A DNA stretch of 48,548 nt from Bacilli bacterium (GTDB taxonomy: Bacteria > Bacillota_I > Bacilli_A > RF39 > UBA660). The translations under genes were made by a program, and so were the position numbers. Shown here one piece after another: positions 36,651 to 46,905 of this stretch (within the stretch, counting starts at the first letter, position 1; each line of letters starts with the position of its first letter). The notes under the pieces were generated by a model. The model had not been told where the DNA came from. It saw only the letters and a list, made by a program, of their open reading frames with translations, and ran no database searches. The stretch is taken from the NCBI GenBank assembly GCA_017510225.1, contig JAFWNS010000016.1:1-48548 (forward strand). The letters run 5' to 3'.

Positions 36651-37199
36651 ATGCTTAAAACAAAAGATATTTTAGACGAAAAAGATAAAAGATTAAGAGA
36701 AATTAGTAAAGAAGTTAAGTTTCCACTTACTAAAAAGGATAAAGAATTAATTAATACTATGATGGAATATTTACGTAATTCTCAAATTGAAGAATTAGCT
36801 GAGAAATATGATTTAAGACCTGGTATGGGAATGGCTGCTATACAGTTAGGTGTTCCTAAAAGATATTTTGTAGTTGTTAATGAAATTGATGAAGGTGAAT
36901 TTGAAGAATATGTTTTAATTAATCCTAAGATTATTAGTAATTCTATGGAAAAGATATATGTTGAGATGGGTGAAGGCTGTTTAAGTGTTAATAGACCTGT
37001 TGATGGTATTGTCCCAAGATTCGCTAGAGTTACAATGGAAGCGTATGACATGGATGGTAAAAAAATTCATGTTAGAGGACGTGAAGAATTAGCTATTGCC
37101 TTCCAACATGAACTTGATCATTTAAATGGTATTATGTTTACTGATCATATAGATAAAAAAGATCCATTCAAAGATAAAGACCAGATGAGAGCCATCTAG
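36651..37199 (+). CDS. def: Peptide deformylase
   Basis: GMGMAAIQLG, EGCLSV, QHELDHLNG. Confidence 0.97.
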   Translation: MLKTKDILDEKDKRLREISKEVKFPLTKKDKELINTMMEYLRNSQIEELAEKYDLRPGMGMAAIQLGVPKRYFVVVNEIDEGEFEEYVLINPKIISNSMEKIYVEMGEGCLSVNRPVDGIVPRFARVTMEAYDMDGKKIHVRGREELAIAFQHELDHLNGIMFTDHIDKKDPFKDKDQMRAI

Positions 37200-37206
37200 T
37201 CTTTTT

Positions 37207-40143
37207 TTATTGCATTTTTACACTTACAAGTTTTGATACACCTGATTCTTGCATAGTAATACCATAAAGTGTATTAGCATATTCCATAGTTTTCTTTTTA
37301 TGTGTAATTATTAAGAATTGTGTTTTATTTTTATAATGATCTAAGTATGTTCCAAATTGTGAAACATTTGCTTCATCTAGAGCAGCTTCTACTTCATCGA
37401 ATAAACAGAATGGAGTACTTCTAACATTAAGTATTGCGAATAATAAAGATATTGCTGTTAATGTTTTTTCTCCTCCTGATAATAATGAAATAGTAGTTAG
37501 TTTCTTACCTGGAGGTGAAGCAACTATTTCTACTCCTGTAGTAAGTAAGTTATCTGGATCAGTTAGTTTTAAGTCAGCACTACCTCCTCCAAATAATTCT
37601 CTAAATACACCTTTAAATTCACTTCTTATTTCTATAAATGTATTTTTAAATTCATCTCTCATTACAGAATCCATTTCATTCATTATATCAAGTAATGTAT
37701 TTTCTGCATTTAATAAATCTTCTCTTTGGTTAGTTAAGAACTCATATCTAGTATTAACTTTTTCATACTCTTCTATAGCATCTAAGTTAACCATACCAAT
37801 TCTTTTAATATTTGCTCTATAACCATTAACTTTTACTCTAGCTTCTTCTGGATCTATATCTAATTTATAATTAGCTTTAGCTTTCTCAAAAGTCATTTCA
37901 TATTCTTCACTTAGAGTAGTTAGCATATTATCTATTTTTACATCTAATCTATTTATTAATATTTCTTTTTCCCTAGATACTTTTTCTAAATTGCGTAATT
38001 TAGAATTCTCTAGTTTTAATGAAGCAGTCTTCTCTTCTATCTTTTCTTTTAACTTATCTATTTCTTTAGCTAAATTACTAAGTTTATTAGAAACAGTTTC
38101 TTTTATAGTATTAGCTTCATAATATTTCTCTATTAATTCTTTTTCTTTTTCATCAATAGAATTATTTATTACTGAATCTAATCCTTCTAAGTCCTTATTT
38201 ACTTCATCTAAAGATTTATCTACTTTGTCTACTTCTTCTTTTTTAGAATTATATTGTTCTTTATAAGAAACTTTCTTTCTAGATGATTTAAATAATTTAT
38301 CTTCTAAGTTAGTAATAGATTCATCTATTTCTTTAACTTCAGTAGATATATCTTCTTTTTCTTTATTTAGTAATTCTAATTTGTTTTTAAAATTATTTAA
38401 TTCTTGTTTTATTAGTACTACACTTTTTACTTTAGAAGTAGATCCTCCTGACATAGATCCACCTACATTAATAACATCTCCATCTAAAGTAACTATTCTA
38501 TATTTTCTATTTACTAGTCTAGATAATCTATTAGCACTATCTATATCAGTAGAGACTAAAACATTACCTAATTGATTTTTAATTATATTTTGATATGTAG
38601 TATCATAATCTACTAAATCACTTAATACACCAATAAAATCTTCATTATTAGTAATTAAATCTAATGTATTATTATCAACATAACGCTCTTTAATTACTGA
38701 GATTGGGAAGAAAGTCGCTCTTCCTAGGTGATTATCTTTTAAATAATTAATTGCATTCTTAGATGAATTCTCATCTTCTGTTACTACAAAGTTTTTAGAT
38801 GCAGATATCGCAATATTTAAAGCTTTAGTATATTTATCATCTACACTTAATAAATTACCTATAGTATTATGAATTCCTTTTAAAGAATTTTCTTTTAATA
38901 TACTTCTAACTGAATGAGGTAAATCTAAGTTCTCATCTATTTCTCTTTGTAGTGAACTTATTTTATGATTAGTAGAAATTAATTCTTTTTCATGATTAGA
39001 ATATTCATTATTTAACATATTTTTCTTTGTTTTTAAATTATTAATTTCTTCTTTTAATCCATCATATTCTTTATCTTCATTCTTAGATTTTTTAATTATT
39101 ATATCTAATTCATCTTTTAATATAGTAAGTTTAGATTCTAATTCATTCTTAGATTCTAATTTTTCTTTTAATTCTTCTTTATTTTTATCTTCTTTATCTT
39201 TAGTTTTATTTCTTAAAGCAAGTAATTTTCTTTCTCCATTAATCTTTTCTACTTCTGCAGTTGTATTTACTAATGTTTTTGAAAGATCAATTCTTTTCTT
39301 TTCAAGTTTTTCTAATTTATTAGTATCATCTATAGTAGATGCATCATTTTTAGAAGTAGTTGTACTAATATTTAGTATTTCACTATCTACTTTATCTTTT
39401 TCTTTTTTAGCATTTTCTAATTCTTGTGTTTGATTTTCTATATCATATGCAAGTAAAGCTATTTCATATTTATCTAATCCTTCTTTATTTTCTAAATATA
39501 TTTTAGCTTTTCTACTTTGTTCTTTTAGTGGACCAACTTGCATATCTAACTCAGTAATAATATCATTTACTCTATCTAAGTTATTATGAGTTCTATCTAG
39601 TTTTCTTAAAGCTTCTTCTTTACGTTTTTTATATTTTAATATACCTGATGCTTCTTCAAAGATAATTCTTCTATCACTAGGTGAATTACTAAGTATTTTA
39701 GATACTTCTCCTTGAGATATAATATTAAAAGATTCTTTTCCCATACCTGAATCTAATAATAAATTAGTTATATCTTTTAATCTACATTTTTCTCCATTTA
39801 AATAATATTCATTTTCTCCACTACGATATATTTTTCTTTTAATAGATATATCAGTATATGGAATATTTATATATTTATCACTATTATCAAATATTAATTC
39901 TACAGAGGCAACATTTAGAGGATTTCTTGATTTACTTCCAGAGAAAATAACATCACTCATTGATCCTTCACCACGTAAGGATTTAACTGATTGTTCTCCT
40001 AATACCCATCTAACAGCATCTACTACATTACTTTTACCAGATCCATTAGGTCCAACTATACAAGTAATTTTATCATCAAGATTTAACTCTAATTTATCTG
40101 CAAAAGATTTAAATCCACTTGTTACTATTTGTTTTAAATACAT
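37207..40143 (-). CDS. smc: Chromosome segregation ATPase SMC (short-arm, ~978 aa)
   Basis: GFKSFA, GPNGSGKSN, hinge GRATFFP / VTLDGD, LSGGE, FDEVEAALDEAN. Confidence 0.95.
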   Translation of the reverse strand: MYLKQIVTSGFKSFADKLELNLDDKITCIVGPNGSGKSNVVDAVRWVLGEQSVKSLRGEGSMSDVIFSGSKSRNPLNVASVELIFDNSDKYINIPYTDISIKRKIYRSGENEYYLNGEKCRLKDITNLLLDSGMGKESFNIISQGEVSKILSNSPSDRRIIFEEASGILKYKKRKEEALRKLDRTHNNLDRVNDIITELDMQVGPLKEQSRKAKIYLENKEGLDKYEIALLAYDIENQTQELENAKKEKDKVDSEILNISTTTSKNDASTIDDTNKLEKLEKKRIDLSKTLVNTTAEVEKINGERKLLALRNKTKDKEDKNKEELKEKLESKNELESKLTILKDELDIIIKKSKNEDKEYDGLKEEINNLKTKKNMLNNEYSNHEKELISTNHKISSLQREIDENLDLPHSVRSILKENSLKGIHNTIGNLLSVDDKYTKALNIAISASKNFVVTEDENSSKNAINYLKDNHLGRATFFPISVIKERYVDNNTLDLITNNEDFIGVLSDLVDYDTTYQNIIKNQLGNVLVSTDIDSANRLSRLVNRKYRIVTLDGDVINVGGSMSGGSTSKVKSVVLIKQELNNFKNKLELLNKEKEDISTEVKEIDESITNLEDKLFKSSRKKVSYKEQYNSKKEEVDKVDKSLDEVNKDLEGLDSVINNSIDEKEKELIEKYYEANTIKETVSNKLSNLAKEIDKLKEKIEEKTASLKLENSKLRNLEKVSREKEILINRLDVKIDNMLTTLSEEYEMTFEKAKANYKLDIDPEEARVKVNGYRANIKRIGMVNLDAIEEYEKVNTRYEFLTNQREDLLNAENTLLDIMNEMDSVMRDEFKNTFIEIRSEFKGVFRELFGGGSADLKLTDPDNLLTTGVEIVASPPGKKLTTISLLSGGEKTLTAISLLFAILNVRSTPFCLFDEVEAALDEANVSQFGTYLDHYKNKTQFLIITHKKKTMEYANTLYGITMQESGVSKLVSVKMQ

Positions 40144-40223
40144 ATTATTCACCTATTATCAATTATACTATATTTAGACATATTTTCCAAATATTTTATT
40201 GCTATTTAAGCAAAAAAAAAGAA

Positions 40224-40760
40224 TTAAGTATTCTCTTCTTCAATTATAATTGAATTGATTAATCTAAATATATCTTTTCTTATATCATCACTTTTAATAT
40301 TCTCATCTAAATTAGCATAACCAGATATTTGAATACACTCTTTCTTATCTATAAATACTAAACAATCTATATTTTCAAAGTTATCTTCATTATATTTATA
40401 ATAATATACTGTATATAATCCTACTTGCTTTTCTTCTACATCTGTAGTAGTTTTATTTTGTTTTTTTACTTCTTTTGCTTGCTTTTTAAAATATTTTATT
40501 TCATAATCTTTTGAATTTATAATTTCTGTCATATTAGCACTTATATTAGCTGATGATTTTTCATGTGAAAGATTTAGAGAATTATCATATTCTCCAGTAT
40601 CTACATCAGCATCACTTTTTATAGCTTCCCAGTTTCTAGGTACTTCTACAGATATATTATAATCATTATTCTTAATAAATTCTCTATATCTATATGAAAC
40701 TTTACTACATCCAACTAAAAATAATGTCATAATTATTAATAATAATACTTTCTTCTTCAT
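40224..40760 (-). CDS. Lipoprotein, unknown function (possibly PsbP/DUF1795-like fold)
   Basis: Lipobox LVGC after MKKK-hydrophobic leader; VPRNW motif. Confidence 0.75.
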   Translation of the reverse strand: MKKKVLLLIIMTLFLVGCSKVSYRYREFIKNNDYNISVEVPRNWEAIKSDADVDTGEYDNSLNLSHEKSSANISANMTEIINSKDYEIKYFKKQAKEVKKQNKTTTDVEEKQVGLYTVYYYKYNEDNFENIDCLVFIDKKECIQISGYANLDENIKSDDIRKDIFRLINSIIIEEENT

Positions 40761-40842
40761 ATATATTCCCCTTTATTATATATAAAGTATATAAGAAAAT
40801 ATTAATTTTAGCAATATCTAAATAATAAAAAAGTCAAATATT

Positions 40843-41829
40843 TTATTTGACTTTCTTAGGAATTGCTTCATTTATTTCTTTTATTAGAGTTTTTACTCTC
40901 TTAGGACTTAATCCATAATCCATAGGTAGACCTATATATGTTTCAAATTGATTTAAATCAGCAACATTACCATTTTCTAAGAATACTTGATAATGACATT
41001 TAAGATCAGCATCATCTATATCTTTAGCATATAAATAGTTATATGGTAAATTCTCACTTTCTACAACTGCTTTTTCTAAGTCTTTCCTATCAATTCCTGG
41101 AACATCCTTAGCAAATCTATAACAGAATTCTGGATCTTTAGATTCAGTAATTACTTTTTTAAATTTATTTATATCAGATTCAGGTATGCCTCTTGCAAAT
41201 TTATAACAATACTCTGGATCAAGACTTTCCATAACCACTTTTTCATGAGAATCTATATCTGCGCCCAATACACTAGCAGCAAATAAATAATTATATTTAG
41301 CATTCTTACTATTTGCAACTGCTTTACCATGCTCTTTTACATTTGTATATTTAATACTTCTTGCGAATAAATAGTTATATTTTGGATCACCACTTTTAAT
41401 TATAATTTGTCCTAATCTAGCTTTATTAGCACCTTCTACATCTTTAGCAAAGAAATAACAATATTTAGCATTCCTACTTTCAATAACTGCTTGTTCATGA
41501 GCACCAACATCTACTCCTTCTATATCTTTAGCACAATAATAATTATACCTAGGATTTTTACTATCTATAATTACTTGAGCGTGCTTTTCTATATCTGCAT
41601 CTTCAAAATCTTCTAACAAATAATAATTATAAGCAGGATTTTTATTGTCTAATATTATTTTTTCATGCTCTTTAAAATTTGCTCCCTTAATATTTTTTAG
41701 AAACTTATAAGATAAATAATCATTTTTAGTAGCTAATATAAGTTGTTCAAAATTATCAACTACATATTTATCCCCATATTCTTCTTTTAATCTTTCTATT
41801 AAATTCACTATTTTATGTTTTTTTTCCAT
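40843..41829 (-). CDS. Orphan 28-aa tandem-repeat (alpha-solenoid) protein
   Basis: About 9-10 copies of AD...H...VI.SK.P.YNY.FAKDI.G. Confidence 0.85.
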   Translation of the reverse strand: MEKKHKIVNLIERLKEEYGDKYVVDNFEQLILATKNDYLSYKFLKNIKGANFKEHEKIILDNKNPAYNYYLLEDFEDADIEKHAQVIIDSKNPRYNYYCAKDIEGVDVGAHEQAVIESRNAKYCYFFAKDVEGANKARLGQIIIKSGDPKYNYLFARSIKYTNVKEHGKAVANSKNAKYNYLFAASVLGADIDSHEKVVMESLDPEYCYKFARGIPESDINKFKKVITESKDPEFCYRFAKDVPGIDRKDLEKAVVESENLPYNYLYAKDIDDADLKCHYQVFLENGNVADLNQFETYIGLPMDYGLSPKRVKTLIKEINEAIPKKVK

Positions 41830-41880
41830 AATAATCCCTCTTTCGACACATTATTATAACATTTTATTTAAAATTTTCAA

Positions 41881-42732
41881 TTATTTATCATAACTTTCAC
41901 TTAATAATTCATCTAAAGTTAAAAAAGTATAGCCTCTAGATTTAATATAATCTATTACTGTAGATAGTTCTATTTCAGTAGATGAATTTGTTGGTATAGA
42001 TATAATTGAAGCATTTTGTAATTTGTTTTTTATTTCTTTATATGGATAGTTTCCTACTTTAATAGTAGGTAGTATTGTATGCAGTTTTAATCTAGAACAT
42101 AATTCTATTAATTCTTTATTATCATAGTCTGCATAACAGTATTTAGCAGTCTTTCCTGTAATATTATTTAAATAATTAATAGATGAAGAAAAATAGATTT
42201 CTTTATAAGAATTATCATAATTTAGTATTTCTAATTCTGAAAGTTTAAAACTATTTACTAAATCTAAATTATTTTCTAAAAATAATCCATCTATAAATAT
42301 AGTAGATTTTATATTTTTGTTTACTAAAATATTATTTATGTTTTTAATATTTTCTATATCAGTATTATTTTCTATTTTAAATACTAAAGATACAGACTTT
42401 TTTTCATTATTACCTACTGTTATATATTTATCATATATATTATTTATAGATATATTAGGTTTTGTTTCTTTAAATACAGTTAATACTTCATTATAATTAC
42501 CATATTTTTTCATTTTTCTATAACTTTTTTTATAATCTATTTTTTTCCCATTAATACCAGGTATTATAGTATTATTAACTACTTTAGCATTCATAGCTTT
42601 TTTATAATACTTATTATTACTTTTTTTTATTTCTTTCATTATAGGATCTGTTTCTCTTATAATATCAATCGTTTTATTTGTATAATAAAAACTGAATATA
42701 GTTAGAAAGATTACTATTAATACTTTTTTCAT
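41881..42732 (-). CDS. YlxY-like polysaccharide deacetylase family sporulation protein, catalytically degenerate
   Basis: N-terminal TM, AMNA......IIPGING, I..GN..KK.VSLVF, T.FIDG, IKSRGYTFLTLDELLSE; downstream of pnp as in B. subtilis. Confidence 0.75.
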   Translation of the reverse strand: MKKVLIVIFLTIFSFYYTNKTIDIIRETDPIMKEIKKSNNKYYKKAMNAKVVNNTIIPGINGKKIDYKKSYRKMKKYGNYNEVLTVFKETKPNISINNIYDKYITVGNNEKKSVSLVFKIENNTDIENIKNINNILVNKNIKSTIFIDGLFLENNLDLVNSFKLSELEILNYDNSYKEIYFSSSINYLNNITGKTAKYCYADYDNKELIELCSRLKLHTILPTIKVGNYPYKEIKNKLQNASIISIPTNSSTEIELSTVIDYIKSRGYTFLTLDELLSESYDK

Positions 42733-42763
42733 ATAATCACCTAGTAGATTATATGAGTATTTA

Positions 42764-42792
42764 TTGACTTTTATTAAGTTTTAGTGTATAAT
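42764..42792 (+). promoter_or_regulatory. sigmaA promoter of the orphan at 42821
   Basis: TTGACT-17-TATAAT. Confidence 0.7.
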
Positions 42793-42820
42793 AAGTCTGC
42801 TTTTTGAGAGGGGGAATATA

Positions 42821-43192
42821 ATGACTAATTTTGAAATTATGAAAAATTTCATTAATTCTTTGGATGATGATGATGAGATTATGAGTATGCAAGAAGAATA
42901 TGAATTATCAGACAATGATAAATCAAAATTAATAAAAGGTATAATAGAAAAATCAATTGATTTTGATTCTAAGGGAAAAGTTTTAGCTTTAGAAGAATGG
43001 AAAGAAATATATAAAGATACTATGATTATGGTTACTTCTTCAGCTTATGATATTTCTACTGGTAAAAAAAGACCTAGACCTAAGAATTTTATTAATAAGT
43101 ATATTGATTTAACTATTGAAAAACTAGATATTAATAATGATGATAATTATGAAATTGAAGATAGTTATGATGATGGAAACATAATAAAATAA
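42821..43192 (+). CDS. Acidic orphan protein (123 aa)
   Basis: RBS GAGGGGG, own promoter, shared terminator with pnp. Confidence 0.75.
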   Translation: MTNFEIMKNFINSLDDDDEIMSMQEEYELSDNDKSKLIKGIIEKSIDFDSKGKVLALEEWKEIYKDTMIMVTSSAYDISTGKKRPRPKNFINKYIDLTIEKLDINNDDNYEIEDSYDDGNIIK

Positions 43193-43220
43193 AAGACTTT
43201 TAAAAGTCTTTTATTTTTTT
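43187..43220. terminator. Bidirectional terminator between the orphan and pnp
   Basis: AAATAAAAGACTTT-TA-AAAGTCTTTT inverted repeat flanked by A/T tracts. Confidence 0.6.
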
Positions 43221-45376
43221 TCTTTTTTAGTTTTTGGTTTAGGTAGAGCATCTTTTCTTGAGAAGTTTTGACGACCACGTTTATCTGCTCCTAGAGCTTT
43301 AACGATTATTTCGTCTCCTTCATTTACAATGTCTGTAACTTTATTAACTCTTTCGTGTGCAAGTTGAGATATATGAACTAAACCTTCACATCCAGGCCAT
43401 ATTTCTACGAAACATCCAAAGTCTTCTACTTTAACAACTTTAGCATTATAGATTTCTCCTACTTCTACTTCTTTAATTACATCTTCAATCATAGCTTTTG
43501 TTTTTTCAATTACATCTTTATCTGTATGATAGATAATTACTCTTCCATCTTCTTCTAAATCTACTTTAACAGCATTTACATTAGTAACTTCTGTAACATT
43601 AGAAGCTTCACAAATAATCTTAGTAATCATTTCTCCACCACGACCGATTACTTCTTTTATCTTATTAGGATCAATTCTAAATGTTTCCATCTTAGGAGCA
43701 TATTTAGATACTTCTTTTCTAGGTTCTTTAATTTGTTTAGCAATTACTTTTAATATTTCTAATCTTGCTTTTTTAGCTTGCGCTAAAGCTTCTTTTAAAA
43801 TATCTTTTGTAATACCACTAATCTTAATATCCATTTGAAGTGCAGTAATACCATCTTTAGTACCAGCAACTTTAAAGTCCATATCACCTAAGTGATCTTC
43901 CATACCTTGGATATCAGTTAAAATAGTATAATCATCTTCATGAGTAATTAATCCCATTGCGATACCTGCAACTGGGGCTTTAATTGGAACTCCTGCAGCC
44001 ATTAATGACATACATCCAGCACAAATACTTGCTTGTGATGATGATCCATTTGATTCTAATATTTCAGAAACAATTCTAATTGTATATGGGAATTCTTCTT
44101 CACTTGGAATAACTTGTAGTAAAGCTTTTTCACCTAAAGCTCCATGTCCTACTTCTCTTCTTCCAGGAGCACCATATCTTCCTGTTTCACCTACTGAAAA
44201 TTGTGGGAAGTTATAGTGTAACATAAATCTTTTTTGATCTTCTAATCCAAGACCATCTAGGATTTGATGTTCTCCTAAAGCACCTAATGTAGTTACTGAT
44301 AAACTTTGAGTTTCACCTCTAGTGAATAATGCAGAACCATGAGTTCTAGGTAACATATCGATATCAGTAGATAATTTTCTTATCTCATCCATCTTACGTC
44401 CATCAGCACGTTTCTTTTCTTTAACTACAATACTTCTAAATAATTTATATTCTATATCAGATAAAACCATATTTACTTTAGCAAGTAATTCTTTTAATTC
44501 AATATCTTTTAAATATTCTTCATTTTCTTCTGTATAGATTTCAATTATTTCTTCTTTAACTGCATCTATAGCAGCATATTTTTCTAACTTGTCTTTAATA
44601 CGTAAAGCTTTATCCATTTTCTTAGTTGCAAGTTTTTCTATACGTTCAATCATTTCCTTATCAGGTGTTAATGTTTCATATTCCATTTTTTCTTCCCCGA
44701 TATCTTTAATGATCTTTTCTTCAAACTTAATTAATTCTTTAATTGCATCATGTCCAACCATTAATGCTTCTAACATAATATCTTCAGGTACTTCTTTAGC
44801 GCTAGATTCAACCATATTAATAGCATCTTTAGTACCAGCAACTGTTAATTCTAATTCTGATTTTTCTAATTCTTCTGGAGTTGGATTAATGACAAATTTA
44901 CCATTTACACGTCCAACTTTAACTCCAGCAATTGGTCCATTAAATGGAATCTTTGAAATTGAAGTTGCTAGAGATGATGCAAACATTGCAGTTAATTCAG
45001 GTGAACAATCTTGGTCAACTGATAATACTGTTGATATTATTTGTACTTCATTTTTAAATCCTTCTGGGAATAATGGTCTCATTGGACGATCAATCATTCT
45101 AGCAGCAAGTGTAGCTGCTTCACTAGGACGTCCTTCCCTTTTAATGAATCCACCAGGTATTTTACCTACTGAATATAATTTTTCTTGATAATTTACTGTT
45201 AGTGGAAAGAAATCAGATAATAAGTTAACATTCTTAGATACTACAGCAGCAGTTAATACAACTGTATCATTATATCTTACTAATACTGCACCATCAGCTT
45301 GTTTTGCTAATTCTCCTGTTTCTACTACTATTTTTCTTCCATGAAATTTTAATTCATATGTCTTTTTCTTCTTCAT
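43211..45376 (-). CDS. pnp: Polyribonucleotide nucleotidyltransferase
   Basis: [46 protein letters not shown] and S1 domains. Confidence 0.98.
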   Translation of the reverse strand: MKKKKTYELKFHGRKIVVETGELAKQADGAVLVRYNDTVVLTAAVVSKNVNLLSDFFPLTVNYQEKLYSVGKIPGGFIKREGRPSEAATLAARMIDRPMRPLFPEGFKNEVQIISTVLSVDQDCSPELTAMFASSLATSISKIPFNGPIAGVKVGRVNGKFVINPTPEELEKSELELTVAGTKDAINMVESSAKEVPEDIMLEALMVGHDAIKELIKFEEKIIKDIGEEKMEYETLTPDKEMIERIEKLATKKMDKALRIKDKLEKYAAIDAVKEEIIEIYTEENEEYLKDIELKELLAKVNMVLSDIEYKLFRSIVVKEKKRADGRKMDEIRKLSTDIDMLPRTHGSALFTRGETQSLSVTTLGALGEHQILDGLGLEDQKRFMLHYNFPQFSVGETGRYGAPGRREVGHGALGEKALLQVIPSEEEFPYTIRIVSEILESNGSSSQASICAGCMSLMAAGVPIKAPVAGIAMGLITHEDDYTILTDIQGMEDHLGDMDFKVAGTKDGITALQMDIKISGITKDILKEALAQAKKARLEILKVIAKQIKEPRKEVSKYAPKMETFRIDPNKIKEVIGRGGEMITKIICEASNVTEVTNVNAVKVDLEEDGRVIIYHTDKDVIEKTKAMIEDVIKEVEVGEIYNAKVVKVEDFGCFVEIWPGCEGLVHISQLAHERVNKVTDIVNEGDEIIVKALGADKRGRQNFSRKDALPKPKTKKEKK

Positions 45377-45444
45377 ACTTCTACCTCTTTTATATTATAT
45401 TTGTCTACTTTATTTCTAAAAAAATAGACACTGAAAAAACGTGT

Positions 45445-45714
45445 CTACTTTCTTAATCCTAATTTTTTAATTACTTCACGATAACTTTGAATATCTTTCT
45501 TAGCTAAGTATTTTAATAAATTCTTACGTTGTCCAACTTTCTTAAGAAGACCTCTACGTGAATGATAGTCATGAATGTGTACTTTTAAATGTTCAGTTAA
45601 ATCGTTAATTTCTTTTGTTAAAATAGCGATTTGTACTTCTGTTGAACCAGTATCATTCTTACTCTTAGCAAATTCTTTAATGATTTTTGCTTTTTCATCT
45701 TTACTTAATGCCAT
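45445..45714 (-). CDS. rpsO: 30S ribosomal protein S15
   Basis: [27 protein letters not shown]. Confidence 0.98.
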   Translation of the reverse strand: MALSKDEKAKIIKEFAKSKNDTGSTEVQIAILTKEINDLTEHLKVHIHDYHSRRGLLKKVGQRKNLLKYLAKKDIQSYREVIKKLGLRK

Positions 45715-45738
45715 AATAAAACTTCCTTTCTTTAAAAT

Positions 45739-45790
45739 TCACCAATACTAAGTAAAAAGTCGGAAAATCTTTAAACCTGGAATTGGTAAG
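45739..45790 (-). promoter_or_regulatory. Putative S15 autoregulatory leader RNA
   Basis: TTACCAAT...AAAGATTTTCCGACTTT...ATTGGTGA nested stems just upstream of the rpsO RBS, resembling the Firmicutes S15 leader. Confidence 0.6.
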
Positions 45791-45831
45791 CAAATATAAT
45801 ATACTAAATTTTTAATGATTTGTAAAGTCTT

Positions 45832-46896
45832 TTACTTACTTTTTCTATTTTTATATTCACTATTAAAATACACTTTATTTTCTCTAGGATAAACATAACT
45901 ATAATTACCCTCTATATTTCTCATTAAACTCATATAATAATTATCAAATAAATCATTAGCTTCATCTATTTCTTTATAACCTTCATTGTTTTTCTTTAAA
46001 TAATACTTTCTAAGTGTATATAATTCACCTGTCAATTTTTCTTTCTGTTTATTTGATAGTTTTTCATTAGTTATATTCTCTAAATAATAGTCAATATTAT
46101 AAATTAATTCTTGTGCATCTGTAGGTTTTCCTCCTATTTTTGCCATTTCATTATAAATACATGTCATATCATTAGTTGAATATGCTTTTAATACTGTATC
46201 ACTTCCAACTATTTCACATAACATTTTAACTAAACTTATATATTCATCATATGTCATATTTGGTTTATTTAAATATTCTGACGCTAATAACTCAGTCATT
46301 CCTTCATATATAAATTTAGGCCCAAAAGCACTATTATTATGTATCGCATGAATTGCTTCATGAAAAAATACGTGCTGTTCCCAATATGGATTTGTATCTT
46401 CTATATAAATATCATTTCCATCCCAATAACCAGCAAGCCCTTTTTCTTTTAGATTTTTTTTGTGTTTTATATCTAAATTTAATAAATTAGTATATGCAGA
46501 TTCTTTATCTATATAAGGATTATCTTCTATCAAATCAGCTAATCCATAAAAATTTGCTTTTTCATCTGGAGTAAGTTTTTTATTTCTTTCTATTGAATCA
46601 AAAAATAATATACTACTTTTTTGTTTTTCTTTTATTTTAATATTATATTTTTTTTCAATATTTTTAATTATATTTTCTTGATCTTTTTTACTTATAGTAA
46701 GTTTTCTTCCAGAATAAATATTATAAGTATCTTTTGTATATCTATCTATATTATTTATAGATACTCCTATTAAGGTAGCTGATGAAATCCATAGAATTGT
46801 ATTAAATATAAATATTCTTGATTTTTCTTTAGCTAATTTCATAGGAGATTTAGTACTTATTTTATTCTTTTCTATATTTAAGTTTTTAACATCCAT
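45832..46896 (-). CDS. Membrane-anchored orphan zinc metallopeptidase-like protein (gluzincin-type)
   Basis: TM near the N-terminus; AGYW, HEAIH, then EGMTELLA. Confidence 0.75.
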   Translation of the reverse strand: MDVKNLNIEKNKISTKSPMKLAKEKSRIFIFNTILWISSATLIGVSINNIDRYTKDTYNIYSGRKLTISKKDQENIIKNIEKKYNIKIKEKQKSSILFFDSIERNKKLTPDEKANFYGLADLIEDNPYIDKESAYTNLLNLDIKHKKNLKEKGLAGYWDGNDIYIEDTNPYWEQHVFFHEAIHAIHNNSAFGPKFIYEGMTELLASEYLNKPNMTYDEYISLVKMLCEIVGSDTVLKAYSTNDMTCIYNEMAKIGGKPTDAQELIYNIDYYLENITNEKLSNKQKEKLTGELYTLRKYYLKKNNEGYKEIDEANDLFDNYYMSLMRNIEGNYSYVYPRENKVYFNSEYKNRKSK

Positions 46897-46905
46897 ATAA
46901 TCACC

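Noticed and set aside
44589-45188. 199-aa plus-strand ORF inside pnp
   Set aside because: Antisense shadow of a conserved gene; the same applies to the short opposite-strand ORFs at 1679, 4986, 5274, 8581, 13557, 15675, 16165, 17370, 18738, 28540, 29079, 29207, 30263, 34793, 34905, 36782 and 38381, and to the alternate-frame ORF at 35180
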